Position numbers and translations under genes: made by a program
Shown: piece after piece, positions 1 through 12,526 of the stretch
How the letters are laid out: each line of letters opens with the position of its first letter
Position numbering within the stretch: the first letter of the stretch is position 1
Assembly (NCBI GenBank): GCA_008632985.1
Contig: QPGO01000026.1
Location: 558,001 to 622,000 of the forward strand
DNA: 64,000 nucleotides
Source of the DNA: Psammoneis japonica
Lineage: Eukaryota
Reading direction: 5' to 3'
The notes under the pieces: model-generated
Database searches by the model: none
What the model saw: only the letters and a program-made list of their open reading frames with translations
Told to the model about the DNA's origin: nothing

Positions 1-545
1 TAATCTGAGTCTTTCAAAGCCGTGACCCAGGGATGCTCTTGAGAGATTTTTTTGTGAGTCACTTTGCACTTGTATGCTGGAGGCATGTTGGCATCGTCTT
101 CGGACTCGCCCCAACCCTCATATATCGGCCACTGCAAGTTCACGATGCATGGCACCCATCCGTCATCCGTATGACATACGACTCTCTCCCCCACCTCGAA
201 TCGAAGCGTCCAATTAAGCTGGTCTGGAATTACTTTGTCTTGAATGGGTATTGTCCAGCAGTCTCTTTCTGAATGAGCGAGGGGGGTAATATCAAGCTTG
301 CCGTCTGATCGGACCTCTTTGATGATACCACGATAGGAGTCTGGGTTTTTCCGATTACTACGATTGTCGAAGAACCATACCCTATCTCCTTCGAACAATT
401 CTCGTTCCCGATCACTGCCATCAAACTCAGAAGACCATGTCGGCTCTTGTTGCTCTTCAATGATGCGCTCTCGACGCTCCTGTTGACGTTCCTTATGAGC
501 TTTCTTGCTCGTATCCCTTCCCTTACGTCTGCTCTGTTTTCCCAT
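1..545 (-). CDS. Hypothetical protein, 5' part only (runs off the window), with an LRFxVGxRVxC...W...PxY SH3/Tudor-like algal repeat
   Basis: Manual translation from ATG 545 is open to the window edge: MGKQSRRKGRDTSKK...TLRFEVGERVVCHTDDGWVPCIVNLQWPIYEG...PPAYKCK...VTALKDSD. It is missing from the ORF track because no stop lies in the window. Confidence 0.6.
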   Translation of the reverse strand, partial: MGKQSRRKGRDTSKKAHKERQQERRERIIEEQQEPTWSSEFDGSDRERELFEGDRVWFFDNRSNRKNPDSYRGIIKEVRSDGKLDITPLAHSERDCWTIPIQDKVIPDQLNWTLRFEVGERVVCHTDDGWVPCIVNLQWPIYEGWGESEDDANMPPAYKCKVTHKKISQEHPWVTALKDSD

Positions 546-1177
546 GGTGCGTCTGATGGTTCACAACAGCGCTATGAATAGCACTTTTACCGATAGAAAG
601 TTAGTTTGCCGATTGCGATTGCGTTGCACCCGTTCGTCATGTTCAGTGTCGTGCTGTTTATTTTGGTCATGCATGCCATGGTCATGGCCGCATCGTTTAG
701 CGCGCGCCACTCCCGGCTTGGGAGGTCGCGCGCGCGCCCGAATCCGATCGTGGTTGTGTCACTGTTGAGGGGATGAGAACCCGAAAACACGCACCTTTTT
801 TCTGACACGATTGTTCTTCGCAGATACCATAGGTAGAGTTGCGTCCCAGCGCGTGCAATATTTAATGAGGTTTCTTTTCGTTAATTGATCTGATTAACTT
901 CTTTCTGAATAAATGTTGCATTATTTAGAAACATGTAACCTAAAGACTGAATACAACATATAGATCTACCTTTCCGCCACCACAGCATTAAATAGATCTC
1001 CTAAGTCTTTTTCGTAATTAAGGAAGTACATTGATTCGTTGTCATGTTCGAATTGCCCGCTTCCGACACTGGAATTCAGCAATCGACGTCCGTCGGACAT
1101 CAAGATTATCCGACGTCGCACACGCACAGGCTCTCACGTGTCTCGTGCTCATAAAACGTAGAAAAAGTCGTCTGACG

Positions 1178-4100
1178 ATGAGGTCAATGATTTATCCGGA
1201 AGGGCTTCTCCGACTTTCTGCTGTGATCTGCGTGGCAGCAGGTGAGAAATAGCTGGGAATGATGATTTGACGACGTTGTGGAGATTTCATTTGTCGACTT
1301 ACAGCTCTTGTTCGTTGTTGTTCGGTCGGCGTGGGAAGCGAGTGACGGGTCTGAGGGGTTCGCATCCAAGGGTGTAAGTACAAGCGAACTGTCTCTCCAC
1401 CAATACCGCGACATATTCAAATTTATAAAACATATAATTTTCTGCTGAACTTTTTCTTGCAGCTTGCAGACCTGGGAGTTGCTAACTATACTACTGCGCG
1501 GGCTTCATCGTTCGAAAGGTTTGCGAGTAATGTCGTGGTGAGTTATTCCGTCATAATGCATGCATTACATAACCGGCATAACCGGAATATTGAATGACGC
1601 TAACTATTCATCATTGGTCATATTGACCTTTGTCTGCAGGGCTCTCGTGGAGCTTGTTGCTTCCCTGATGAGGCACGTTGTGTTCAGCTAAAGCCGCGAA
1701 CCTGTGGAGCCAAGGGCGGCCATTTCAAAGGAGAAGGCATCGCGTGTACGTACGATGCATGTCCCGCCTCTTTTGGGGCCTGCTGTTCAAAAGACGGACA
1801 CTGCTCTTTTGTAAAGAAAAAGAATTGTGATGGTGTGTTCCGAGGTTCTTTCACCAAGTGTACCCCAAGGCAAGTGTCCAGGGTCGTCTCCACCCGGCAC
1901 CGCCAAACCTCCCGCTTCGCATGGTACTAAGGGAGCCTGTTGTCTTCAGGAGAACGGAAGATGCTCTATCATCCAGAAGACTTTCTGTGATAGTAGAGGA
2001 GGTGTTTGGCAAGGTGGTGGCTCCGTTTGTGACGTCGAAACTTGCCCGCTGCTGGGTGCTTGCTGTGGTCTTGCAACGTTGGAAAAGAAGTGCGTCACTA
2101 TCAAGAAACGGTGGTGTATCCAGAATGGGGGGAACATTTAGGGGCTTTGGATCCACGTGTAGTACAGACATTTGCTCCTCTCCAGACAGAAGCAATGTGA
2201 CAAGAAAGACAAGTATGAGCTTCTTGACCCTCGCAGTCAGAAACTGTTCAACATCCACGCTCCAAATGCGCTCGATCCAGGTTTCTTCTTCCAACCAAGT
2301 TCTGACGGTATTTACCGTGTGGACGCTTGTAAAAAAACTTTCATGACGCCGGTCTACTGGATAAGTTTGGCAACACCCTCTACACACCAATCTATGGCTA
2401 CGGCGACCAAATACTTGCACGTGGCCTGGAAAAACATTTGTAGTTGAAAGTTTCACAAGCACTAAGGTCAAGTGGCAGAACAAGTTGCCCTTTGAGGAGT
2501 ATCTTCTCACAAGCTTGAAAGGAGATTCTGTTCTGGACACTAGTCTGCACTGGGCCTATTCTCTTCCGGGATACGACCGCTTCTCTATCAAGAGCAACGG
2601 GGTCCCGGTGGTGGCTCACGTTCACGGTGGTAAGGTGATCAGACGGAATAATCTTTATCGTGTCAACCACTTGCAACCAGAACTCACGGCATCTATAACG
2701 TTCTACACTACACAGGCCATACAGACTTTGAGTGGGACGGAGGCCCAGAATTCTTCTTTTCTCCGCAGTATGAAATTCAAGGGCCTGAATGGGAAGGAGA
2801 GGTCTACCACTACGACAACAGCCAACCTGCAACTACCTCCTGGTACCATGATCATGCTCTCGGCATGACTCGTCTCAATGTTTACGCTGGTATGGCCGGA
2901 TTTTTCATCTTGAGAGACTCTATTGACACAGGTCAGTTCTCTTGCTTTTCAATGCTAGCGCTGTGACTCCATTGTCATAGCTTGTATTTACGCCCACCAT
3001 TCTCATCCATATTGGTTTCACCACAGGCAAACACGATAACCCTGTCGGCCTTCCAGCCTATCCATATGAAGCTGCTTTCGCTATTCAAGATCGTTATTTC
3101 AAAAATAATGGCGAGCTGTTCTACCCGGCTTTTCCGGCGATCCGGCATACGATGATTTTATCGATGATGACGTTAACCTTCCTCCCGACAAGTTTCCGTG
3201 TGGTGGAGTACGCATACTTGTTTCCATACTGTTTATTTCCGTGGTCCATTTCTAACACAGGTTTTTGCACGTCCTTTTCCATAGCCAACGCAGCTTGCAG
3301 AATTCTTTGGGAATTTGTTCACAGTAACGGAAAAATCTGGCCTAAGTTTGATGTTGAACCTCGCAACTACCGCTTACGGTTGTTGAACGGATGTGATAGT
3401 CGCTTTGTTCTTATTCATTCTTCGCAGTGGATCTACACGAGACCGAACTACCTGCTAAGCACTACCATTTGAGGTCGAGCCCATCAGTTTTTATGTTACT
3501 GGCGATGACCATGCACTCGCTTTTGAAGCCGAGCAGACAACGACGCTTATGCTGGAGCCAGGCTCCCGATATGATATTGTGTTCAACTTCAGACACTATC
3601 ATAACAAGCGCATTATCATGAAGAATATTGCGGGCGATGAGCCCTTTGGAGGCGAAGTGGAGCCTGAGGGGCCCGATAGAAGAGGTACCGGCTTCGACTA
3701 CATGGATCGTGTCATGGCTTTTGACGTTGTCAAAGACCTTGACAAACAAATCGAAGACAATTTGACCCACGTAAGATCACTTTCCCGTGGATTTCCCCGA
3801 GTCGATAAGACTCGTAGGCTTGGCCTTTTTGAGGGGCGAGACCATACGGTCGTTTGCAGCCCTTGTTGGGAACCATTGACAAGTCGGTCGACGAAGAGGG
3901 ACGCCCCATCTTCTGGCCATACAAACGCCATGGATGAAAGTAGGCCTCGCCGGAAAGCAAATGGAGGGTACCATGGCATGGCATGAGCCAACAACTGAGA
4001 TTATCAAGTTTGGCCATACGGAATACTGGGAGGTACGCGCTCTAGAGAGATGATTCCAGTTTAGCCATACCCACTCCGTGTACTCATTTCCATCCCGTTC

Positions 4101-4632
4101 TTTTTAGATTTGGAACTTGTCAGCAGATGCTCATCCCATGCACCTTCACCTTGTCTTCTTCGAAGTGGTCGCTAGATACGAAGTGAAATGGGACGAGGCT
4201 ACCTACAGTGTCGATGATGATAACCATGCAGCGACGAAGAAGGAGGAGACAGGGTTCTGGTCCGGAGACATTCCAAGGGGCGATGGCACATACCTCGTTT
4301 CCAACCCATTGTTCAGCACAATGGAAATATTGGTGAAGGATTCAGGTTGTCAATCCAACCAAGGGTAAACGCGTCGAAACGCCACCGTGGTACTTTGAAA
4401 ATGGACCGGACACGGTTATGGCACTCCCAGACGAGGTCACCATCATTAAGGCAACCTTTGATAAGATTGGACAATGTAAGTTTCAACATTCTTTTCCAGA
4501 ACTCTAGCAGAGCTGGGTGTCTATGTTGTACTCACAGTGCGGATCATTGACCCCGCAGATGTGTGGCATTGCCACATCCTTTCCCACGAAGACCACGAAA
4601 TGATGCGAAGGTTTGAAGTTGTGGGCCAGTAA
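1178..4632 (+). CDS. Multicopper oxidase (CotA/bilirubin oxidase-like) with N-terminal Cys-rich GACC repeats; multi-exon, several apparent frameshifts
   Basis: Four Cu-binding motifs: VVAHVHGG (~2607), WYHDHALGMTRLNVYAGMAG (~2841), HPMHLHL (~4132) and VWHCHILSHEDHEMMR (~4561); stop TAA at 4630-4632. GT-AG introns are present, e.g. ~4477-4558. The start codon is uncertain. Confidence 0.9.
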
Positions 4633-4859
4633 GCATGAATGCATCTTTCAATTCTCTGTCAGTGATTTTGCAGCAGTGTTTATGCACATATCTATATATT
4701 ATTTAACAATGACGTTTTTTCTCAGCCTCTTCAAAGGAGTCGGCACCACAATTGTATTTCCGTCTTCAGATAGAACAGCATCTCTGGGTGTAAAGGACTT
4801 TTCCAACTCGGCCACCTCCGACCTCATGTAACCTCTACTCTAGTCCTATCGTGTCTCAC

Positions 4860-6410
4860 GGGCTGCGTTGTTGGCTCAGCAGTGGAGCCAGTTCACCATC
4901 ACTTCATTCACATCATTGGAGAGTGCAACGTCAATTGAGGATGTCTCGATGAAGTCACCGTCTTCTCTTTCCCTCTTCTGCACCACTTACAGACCTCCCA
5001 GTTGGGAGTGATGGATTGATGCACCGCTTGAGGTTGACCATGTCCTGGCCATTGAAACGGCAATTGCACCTGATTTTCTTGCCCGTTTCCAGCTCAAAGT
5101 GGAGATCGACCTTGCTTTGGTCTTTCTCGCCGACGGAGCCACTCAGGATCTTGGGTGCAAAGACTCCACCAAACGACATGGTGGCCATGCAGGTCATGTC
5201 AAAGCTTTCCAAGATTGTAAAGGGCTGTGCAAAGAAGGTCCTCACGATCGTCTTGACTCCAATCAACACCTTGACCTGCTGCACTGCGTTCTTGGCCTCG
5301 GTGAAGCGACCCTCAGTGAAGGGTGGGAAGGGAAAGCCAAATGTGCGCACAAAAGTGTTGCTCAATGAACCGAGGTCAGAGAAAGAATTGCCAACAGTGA
5401 CAACACGGTCTGCTTCCTGGTTGCCAATGGCATCTGCCACATGGCCTGGTGTGCTGCTGCCGGTGCCCAAGAGGAACTGTTTTTTCAGCATTGCTGGCAC
5501 TCCCAGTTCTCTTGTGTGCTTTTTTTCAAACACGGCCAGCAGTGTGTCAGAGTGTGCAAATTCCACTCCATCCATGTGTGTCTGCCCAAGCCATTCACAA
5601 CATTTTTGGGAAGAAAACAGCCAAGCTTCTGGCACATGGCAACAAAAAGTTGAGCATTGTTTTGTTTGTGTGTTGGCGCAATTGGCGTTGCTGTCATCAC
5701 ACCCCAACTTGTGTGAAAAAAAGCAAATCAAAGTGTTCTCTGTTGCAGCGTGTGTCCTTGCACTCACTGTTTCATTTTTCTCAACATCTTGTTGAATTTG
5801 CTGTGACTCTCAATGGGTGCATGTAAAAGTGATGCCAGTGTGATCCATTCAATGGCATTTGTTTTCTCAATCTGTTGTTTTGCTTTGATCTTTTGTCCAT
5901 TCTCCGGCAAAAAATTGAGGTGCTTTGTGATGCAAAGAGGTGGATGGAATTGGCACAGGTGTCAAGGTTGGTGAATGCAGAGTGGTGAGCACAAGCAATG
6001 AGTGGGATGCCACACAACACTGTGTCATGCATCATGTGCAGGGCAGCTTTAGCAGGTGCAGTGCCAATGTCATGCTGGGCAGCTCAATGGGAAGTGGTGT
6101 TCTTTGTTGCACTCTGCAATCTGCCAATTTTGGAAAAGTCCCAAAATGAGGGAGCAGATGAGGACACTCATGTCTCTGAACAACTTGAGTGTCTGCTGAG
6201 GATGTCACACCTGCAGCTGTGGCTCCTTGGCAGTTCCACCCTCTGCATGATTGCATCCTGGGGGCAGGCTGTGATTGAGCACCTCCAGTGCAGGGGTGCC
6301 TGACTGTCTTCTTTGACGGGGCAGTTGGAGTGCTGATGACCCCCCAAGTCTCATCACTTGTTTGTTTGCACGTGTTTGTTTGTTCTGCTGTGATGATTGA
6401 TGCTGTTGAG

Positions 6411-6442
<32 letters not shown>

Positions 6443-7760
6443 AACTGTGGCTGCTGCGATGATTCTGTTGGCAGAGTCACCTTCAGAAAGCTGGGGCATG
6501 CTGTTGGGCTGCCAGCGGCAGCACCATTGGGGGTGGGCGGCTCCACTGGTGTGGTGTCACTGGCGTTTGCACTGCTGTTGGTGGTGCAAATGGTCATGTG
6601 GTGTTTTTGGGGGTGGTGCCATGGCGCCACTGGTGGTGGACTGTCAGGGGGCAAGGTTGCTGGCAGTGGCGCCATCGGCGGTGGGCGGTTCCAGTGGTGA
6701 TGCACCTTGCACTGCTGCCCCCGTTGTGGGTGCTGTTTTTTTTTGCTGCTGCTGCAAACATTGTGGTCACCATTGGCTGTGCCACAAACATCATTCATTC
6801 AAGGTTGTCAACATCATCACTGTCACTGCTGGCTTTGCACCCACATCTGCTTTCTTCTTCACAGTTTGAAGCTTCTCCCAGATGGAGCAAATGGCTCCCT
6901 GCAGTGGGCATCCCTGCCGCAGCCGCCGTTGATGCCACTTTCCTGCATCTGCAGGCTGTCCGCAGCGACGCTGATCCCGCAGAAGCGCGCATTGGGAAAC
7001 GCGACTCTCAGTGCGAGACCCACGAAGGGCTGCGGGAGCTCCGTGCGACTGAGACCGACACGACTGGCCATCGCGCACGTGACTCACCTTGCATGAAGGG
7101 ACTGCGTAGGATGCACGCAGCACCGAGCATGATTGGTTCCGTGCAGGGACTGAAGACGCGGTGTGTCTTGCTGTCGCGCGTGCACATGCTCCAGGTAAAA
7201 CAATCTCACAATTTTCGCAACACACGAGCCATCAACCTCTTTGTGACTGAGTGCTCACACCCCATTTTTGCACAGGGCATCCCACTCTGTTGTCTGCCTT
7301 TGCATTTCCTTGGATCACCCATCAATTGTCTTTTGTGCCACCTGCAAAGCTTTGAATGGCGTTTTGTTTCTTTGGCTTGACAAGTTTGTCATGCTGTGGC
7401 ACCATCTCATTGGTGTGATCTTTCACCAAATGGAAAATGCACTTGAGCACCACAGACTTCAAAACATCACATGCGTGTTCCAACCATGTGGGTTTTTGCC
7501 ACTCTTGTCATTTGGGTGGTCAGCTCCATCCAGATTTGCACACTCTTCCTGATTGTGCACCAACATGTGCAAACGCTTGGGATTGCAGATGTTGTTCAGC
7601 ACCACATTCACAACCTTCCCTTTGAGCTGGCAATTGATGGCAGCACACCAAAGGGGTCATGCCCAGATGTCAAATGCCATGCAACCCTGTTCTCAGTTGT
7701 CATTCTGAGCAAAATGTGCAGGGACATTTCTCAAAGATGCTTGCTGCTTGAGACTGCCTG
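4860..7760. mobile_element. Degenerate TpA-depleted repeat/TE-derived domain A (family not identifiable)
   Basis: TA is nearly absent and TG/CA very abundant, with overlapping Cys/His/Gln-rich ORFs in all frames and an abrupt compositional boundary near 4860. Confidence 0.6.
6411..6440. repeat. (CTG)n microsatellite; encodes polyQ in the minus-strand relic ORF 6205-6798
   Basis: ctgctgctgctgctgctgctgctgctgct read directly. Confidence 0.9.
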
Positions 7761-8160
7761 CAGACGCGTTCCAGCCCTAGGTGGGAGCTCGTAGTACTGA
7801 CGTGTGACAACAATAATTTTTATCATCCGTCGTATGTTTCGTACGTAGATTTCTACGTGTGATATTTAAAAAAAATTGTCCAGACTCGCTGTTTTGCGAA
7901 GCCCCAGACGTTTTATATAACAAATTTATAGAAACAATAATGCGCCAGTTACATTCTTCAATGTCTGAAGAATGTAACTGGCTAAGTAAAAAATGATGTA
8001 CTTCCATCATGTGCGAGTTTGTGCGTTCGCAAAATTGCCTCATTTTCTGTTGGCGATCATTGACATTTTAATTACCGTATAATTTTACTACGGAGCTCGC
8101 ACGTAGAAGTCTACGGGCCCAATGTCACACGGATTCCCACCTACGTCTGGCACGCGTCTG
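7761..8160. mobile_element. 400-bp MITE-like element with terminal inverted repeats starting CAG (Tc1/mariner-like)
   Basis: 7759-7786 and 8135-8162 are inverted repeats matching 25/28. CGTGTGACA (7801) and TGTCACACG (8123) extend the symmetry. The interior is AT-rich with no credible ORF. Confidence 0.65.
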
Positions 8161-8162
8161 CA

Positions 8163-10700
8163 CTGGTTGGGATCTCTGAGTGTGCATCAACAGCTTGTTT
8201 GCATTCATGGTGGCTGCTTGAACCTCAGTCCACATGTCCCTGTCATCTGCGGAGTCATCCGAATTCATTTGCTGTCTTTTCTTGTGGGCAACGATGATGG
8301 TGATGACAACCGGGCAATGTTGAGAGACACGATGCAGTCTGTCAATGTCCGATGGTGGTTTGAGACTCTCCACCTTGTTGAGTTTGTCTCTCTGCATCTC
8401 CTTGACATCCTGGAGTCCCTCTGCAGAGGTGTGCGTGCTCTTTTAGAAGTTGCCAGCATTGTTTGCAATGAAGTCATCCTTGATCACTCAATGAGCTTGT
8501 TGCTGTCCTGGCACCCATGTGTCTTGACAACTTCCTTGTGGTGCATGAGCAACGTTGCAAGCATTGCTGGATGAACAGCAACAAAACCAGACCAGCACAA
8601 TGAGACTTCAAAAGGGAAGCACTCAATGCTTCAATGGAGCCTTCTTCCTGGGATCAGGTCTGGCAGCAAAGGCAAAATGGGCAGTCTGGAAGAGCTTCAA
8701 CATGAGAAGGAATGGGGCATGAATTGACCACCAAAAATCACACTGAACTGGGCTCAAATTTGCACTTCTGGGAGCAGCAACAATGGAGGATTGTTTGCAG
8801 CATGAAGCAGAGAACTCAAGCAGACAATGGGAAGAAAGGAAGTCATTGACACTGGAGAGGCATGGACCAAGAGCAGTTGGCAGTTCAGCAAGTTGATGTC
8901 GTCATCCAAAATGACCTTTGAGACACATGGAAAATGTGCCAAAACTTGTGCAAACTTGTTGGCACATGGAAGAATGGCCAATGTGCACTGAGTTGGTCTC
9001 ATCTTCAAACTTCAACAGCAACGATGAAAGATTGTTCACCACACAATGCAGGAAACTGAAATGGACAGCAGGGAGAAGGGGAGTGATTGACAGTTGAGAT
9101 GTGTGGAGAGAGAGCAAAATTGGCAGTTTGGCCAGTCTTTGTCTGTCTAAAATGGCTTGCAGAACACATGGAATTTGCACTGAAACTTGTGTGGAAACTT
9201 TGCATGTGAGAATGAAAATGCCAAGAAGAGTGCTGAGCAATTGAACCAAAAGGGCTCAACGCCAATTGTTTTCCACTGCACAAGATTGCCAATGGTCACA
9301 GAATGGAGGCATGTTGACAAAAGAACAGGTCTGAACAGGCAGGCATGAGATCCACCATTGCACCATCAGAGAAAGGTGACATCTGCACCAGAGCTTGCAT
9401 GGAAAAACACGCAGAGGGTGCGGCCATGAAACTGGGGCAGAATGTGGCCATTGCTGCAAACAGTTTCATTGTCCAGCAGCCAAAAGCAGCCAAGTCCCCC
9501 TTGAAATCCCAGTTGCCTTGAGTGACAGAGGCCACTGTGTTAAAAAAAATGATGGAAAATCATGTCATTGGCAGAGCACACCCAGAAACCAATGTGACTT
9601 TTGTGTGCCCCTTCATCGGTCCACTGACCTTGTCCAGCACACTTTCAAGAATGCATGGAACCTTTGTGGCAGCACCACTGCTGGCCAAATCTTTGAACTC
9701 AGGGAGCACAAAGTTGGCCATGCAATCATCATCTGCTGGGGTGGTTTCCAGCTTTCTGCCAACTGTGACAAAGTGAGCTGCAAGAGCATGGTGCAGGCAA
9801 GCCAAGAAATTGTTTGCATCGATGTGCCACAACGTCATGATTCCATTCTTGGATGTCTTTTTTTTTGCCAGTCACTTTCAAGTTGTTCTTGCTGTGGGTT
9901 CCATTTTGTCACCTCCCACACCCACGTGCCTGCCTCAGCTGTTTGTCCAACGGCATGACAAAGCATGGTGGCAATGGCATGATCGCAGCAGCGGCCATTC
10001 TTCATGAGGATGTGATTCACAGCTTCCAAAAGGTCTTGATGCAGGCCCATGGCAGAATCCTCTGGACAGTCCCCACACTTGATTGCAGCTGTTCTGGCCC
10101 ACATTTTCAATGATTTGTTGAGAGCTTGTCATGTTTGCCTTTTTTGTGCAGTGCTCCTGCAGAGGGACCTTGCATTGTCTGAGAACCGTGCAAATGCCAA
10201 AGTGGTGCTGAGCCTGCCATCTGGGCTTCCAGCGGGTGGGTGCCTTTCTGCTTGTCATCCTTTTCCATCTTGTGCTCCATGAGAAAAGTGCAAAAATTGC
10301 TGCATCATTTTGCTGCAGCTCGGTGCCATTGTCACAGCTCCTCGCAAGTGCTTTTGCTGCAACTCGTGGAGGAGCATGCATCCCAACTTTCTTGCAAACA
10401 CATTCTTCAGTGCAATCAGCCTTGAGCTTCATCTCACTGTGCACTTCCCGCATGATGGCTCAGTCTCCCCGCGCTTCCATCAGGTCCTCCTCGCTGATGT
10501 CATCTTCCCACAGCAGCAGCTCTGCTTTGATGCTTTCTTTCAGCTTGGCAGCCTCTCAAGCGCTCCCTCTCCTTTCAGCATGGATTCTCAACAAATGGGG
10601 CTGCAGTCGAACAATGGCAGAGACCGCATTGTTGAGGCTGAATACAGTGGATTCGTGGGATGGAGAACAGCAGGTTGAAGCTGATGGCTGATGGGGTGAC
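8163..10700 (-). mobile_element. Degenerate TpA-depleted domain B, with a relic minus-strand ORF that may encode a tyrosine-recombinase-like (Crypton-like) protein
   Basis: TA-depleted. Protein-like minus-strand fragments at 9480-10110 include ...LHHALAAHF...FVLPEF...KGHTKVTLVSG...GNWDFKGDLAAFGCW. The family assignment is weak. Confidence 0.45.
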
Positions 10701-11085
10701 ATGATGCCCGCACAGTGCTGTTGTTCGGTGTAGTGGATGGAGATAGGAGGTCCGTCACAGAATTGAGCGAAAGATCCAATGCGTAGAACTAAGTACAAAA
10801 ACTGTCTTTTCTACGTAGACGGAGAGTTCCCGCGCAAAGATAGATCCGCTTTCCAGCTTTCAGCAACTTTCAGCTTTTTCTTTGCATCAACGCGACAGCA
10901 ACGACAACATCTCTCTTCTTAAGCATTATTATTCTTCTTTGTCACTGTTGAATATACTGCGTTGCGACTGCCCTCGGCCTGTTTGTCTGCGCGTATTATA
11001 CAGTGCCAATGCACAGGCTGTTTTCTGTTGCCATTGCTTTATACCTGTTTAGTTGGTTCTACGGATTGAAACAATTCATGTCACC

Positions 11086-12132
11086 ATGAGTTCAGAAGAA
11101 GATGACAATAAAGAGGAGGTCGTCTCAACAGGCGAGATGGTTGCCAACTTTTTATCCTCTTGTTGTGCTCCTCGTTTCTTGCCTATCAAATGGGTTGGCC
11201 CAGTGCTGGTATTCTTGCTTACTTGATGCACTTGTTCAAGATTTTGTTTGGTGGATACGTGAGTGGACATGTCGCTCTCATGGTGTTTGGCATGGCATTT
11301 GCAGCCTTTGTCAAGCACGTGTGGAGACTGCCCGTTTCTTCCAACAGTGACCGGTTCTCCGATGAGGCCTATGCTATTTTATTCCAACAAAGCAGTGAAG
11401 CCCAGGCGGTAGCTCGTCGACGATCGTGTGAGGTGGATCATTTAGTATACGCCTGCTCGGATCTAGACAGGGGCGTGGATGAGATTTACGAGCTAACCAG
11501 GGTAAAACCAGTCTACGGTGGTTCTCATGCTGCGTTTGGTACACACAATGCCCACTTGTCTCTCGACAATGGAGCCTATCTCGAAATTATTGCACCCGAT
11601 CCAAAGTGCAAAACAAAGCGAAGCCACGTGTTTTTGGTCTAGATAATCAGAGTTCCAACAAGAATAATGCGCTCGTGGCGTTTGCCGTTCATCCCAACCC
11701 ATCCACAAAAGGTGCAACGTTTGAACTCATTGCGCAAAGCATGATTTTGGCACGGGAGGTTGGATAGACTCCATATCATCGGGTGAGCGTCAAACTCCCA
11801 ATGGCAACATGTTGAGATGGAGATTTACAAATCCATTGTGCGCACATGGCATCAAGGCTTTTGTCATTGATTGGGGCAACGCAAAAGAGAGTCCGGCGCA
11901 TACCGCACCAACGGGTTGCAAGTTATGCAAGCTCATATTCTATTGTCCTAATGAAGAACAAGTCGAGGCGGCTTCAACGATGCACCGGCGGATCGGCCTC
12001 GGGGGGAGAATTCCTGTTGTCATTGAGCGGAGTAATGATGGGACCACTGGCATGGTTGCCGAACTAATGACGCCTCAGGGACGCAAGGTGTTTCTGGGTG
12101 AACAAAAGTCCACTAAAACAAAACAGAGCTAG
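11086..12132 (+). CDS. Glyoxalase-like (VOC family, Glyoxalase_3-type) protein with N-terminal hydrophobic segments; frameshifted
   Basis: VDHLVYACSDLDRG...GGSHAAFGTHNAHLSLDNGAYLEIIAPDP, then LRWRF...FVIDWG...SPAHTAPTGCKL, spread over several frames. Confidence 0.8.
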
Positions 12133-12526
12133 GTACTATTCCTTTGTTTCTGTCAAACCTCTGGCTGTTTTACGTATCGGAGATTGCATCCGATAAACAC
12201 CATGCCCGTGGAGTGATGCTTCGGATAATGTCCAGAGTACCCCTCGGTACCATTGAAAAATACAAGAGCAATGGAACGGGCCATCAAGGAAAAAAGAGAG
12301 ACTATACCTTAGTAACACCAACCCAAGTGGCACGGCCCTTATAATGTAATTACGATAGATAGACTCTTTCCATTAGTCAGCAGCACCCCTACTGCCGCGA
12401 TTTCTATATAAAAGAGAGAGAGGCTACCTTAATAACCCCGACCCAAGTGACATGGCCCCCCATGGCCGTCTTGGATCAATAGACAAAGTTAGCCCAATCA
12501 TAAGATGATTAGACCATATGGTCTTG

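Noticed and set aside
4860..10700. Classical fungal RIP, or simple CpG methylation decay, as the explanation for the domains
   Set aside because: RIP increases TpA and CpG decay does not remove it, whereas here TpA is lost even where CpG persists.
12290..12460. Two ~50-bp imperfect direct repeats (…taccttaNtaac…acccaagtg…ggccc)
   Set aside because: Only two diverged copies in a 3' intergenic region; not a CRISPR array or a recognisable element.
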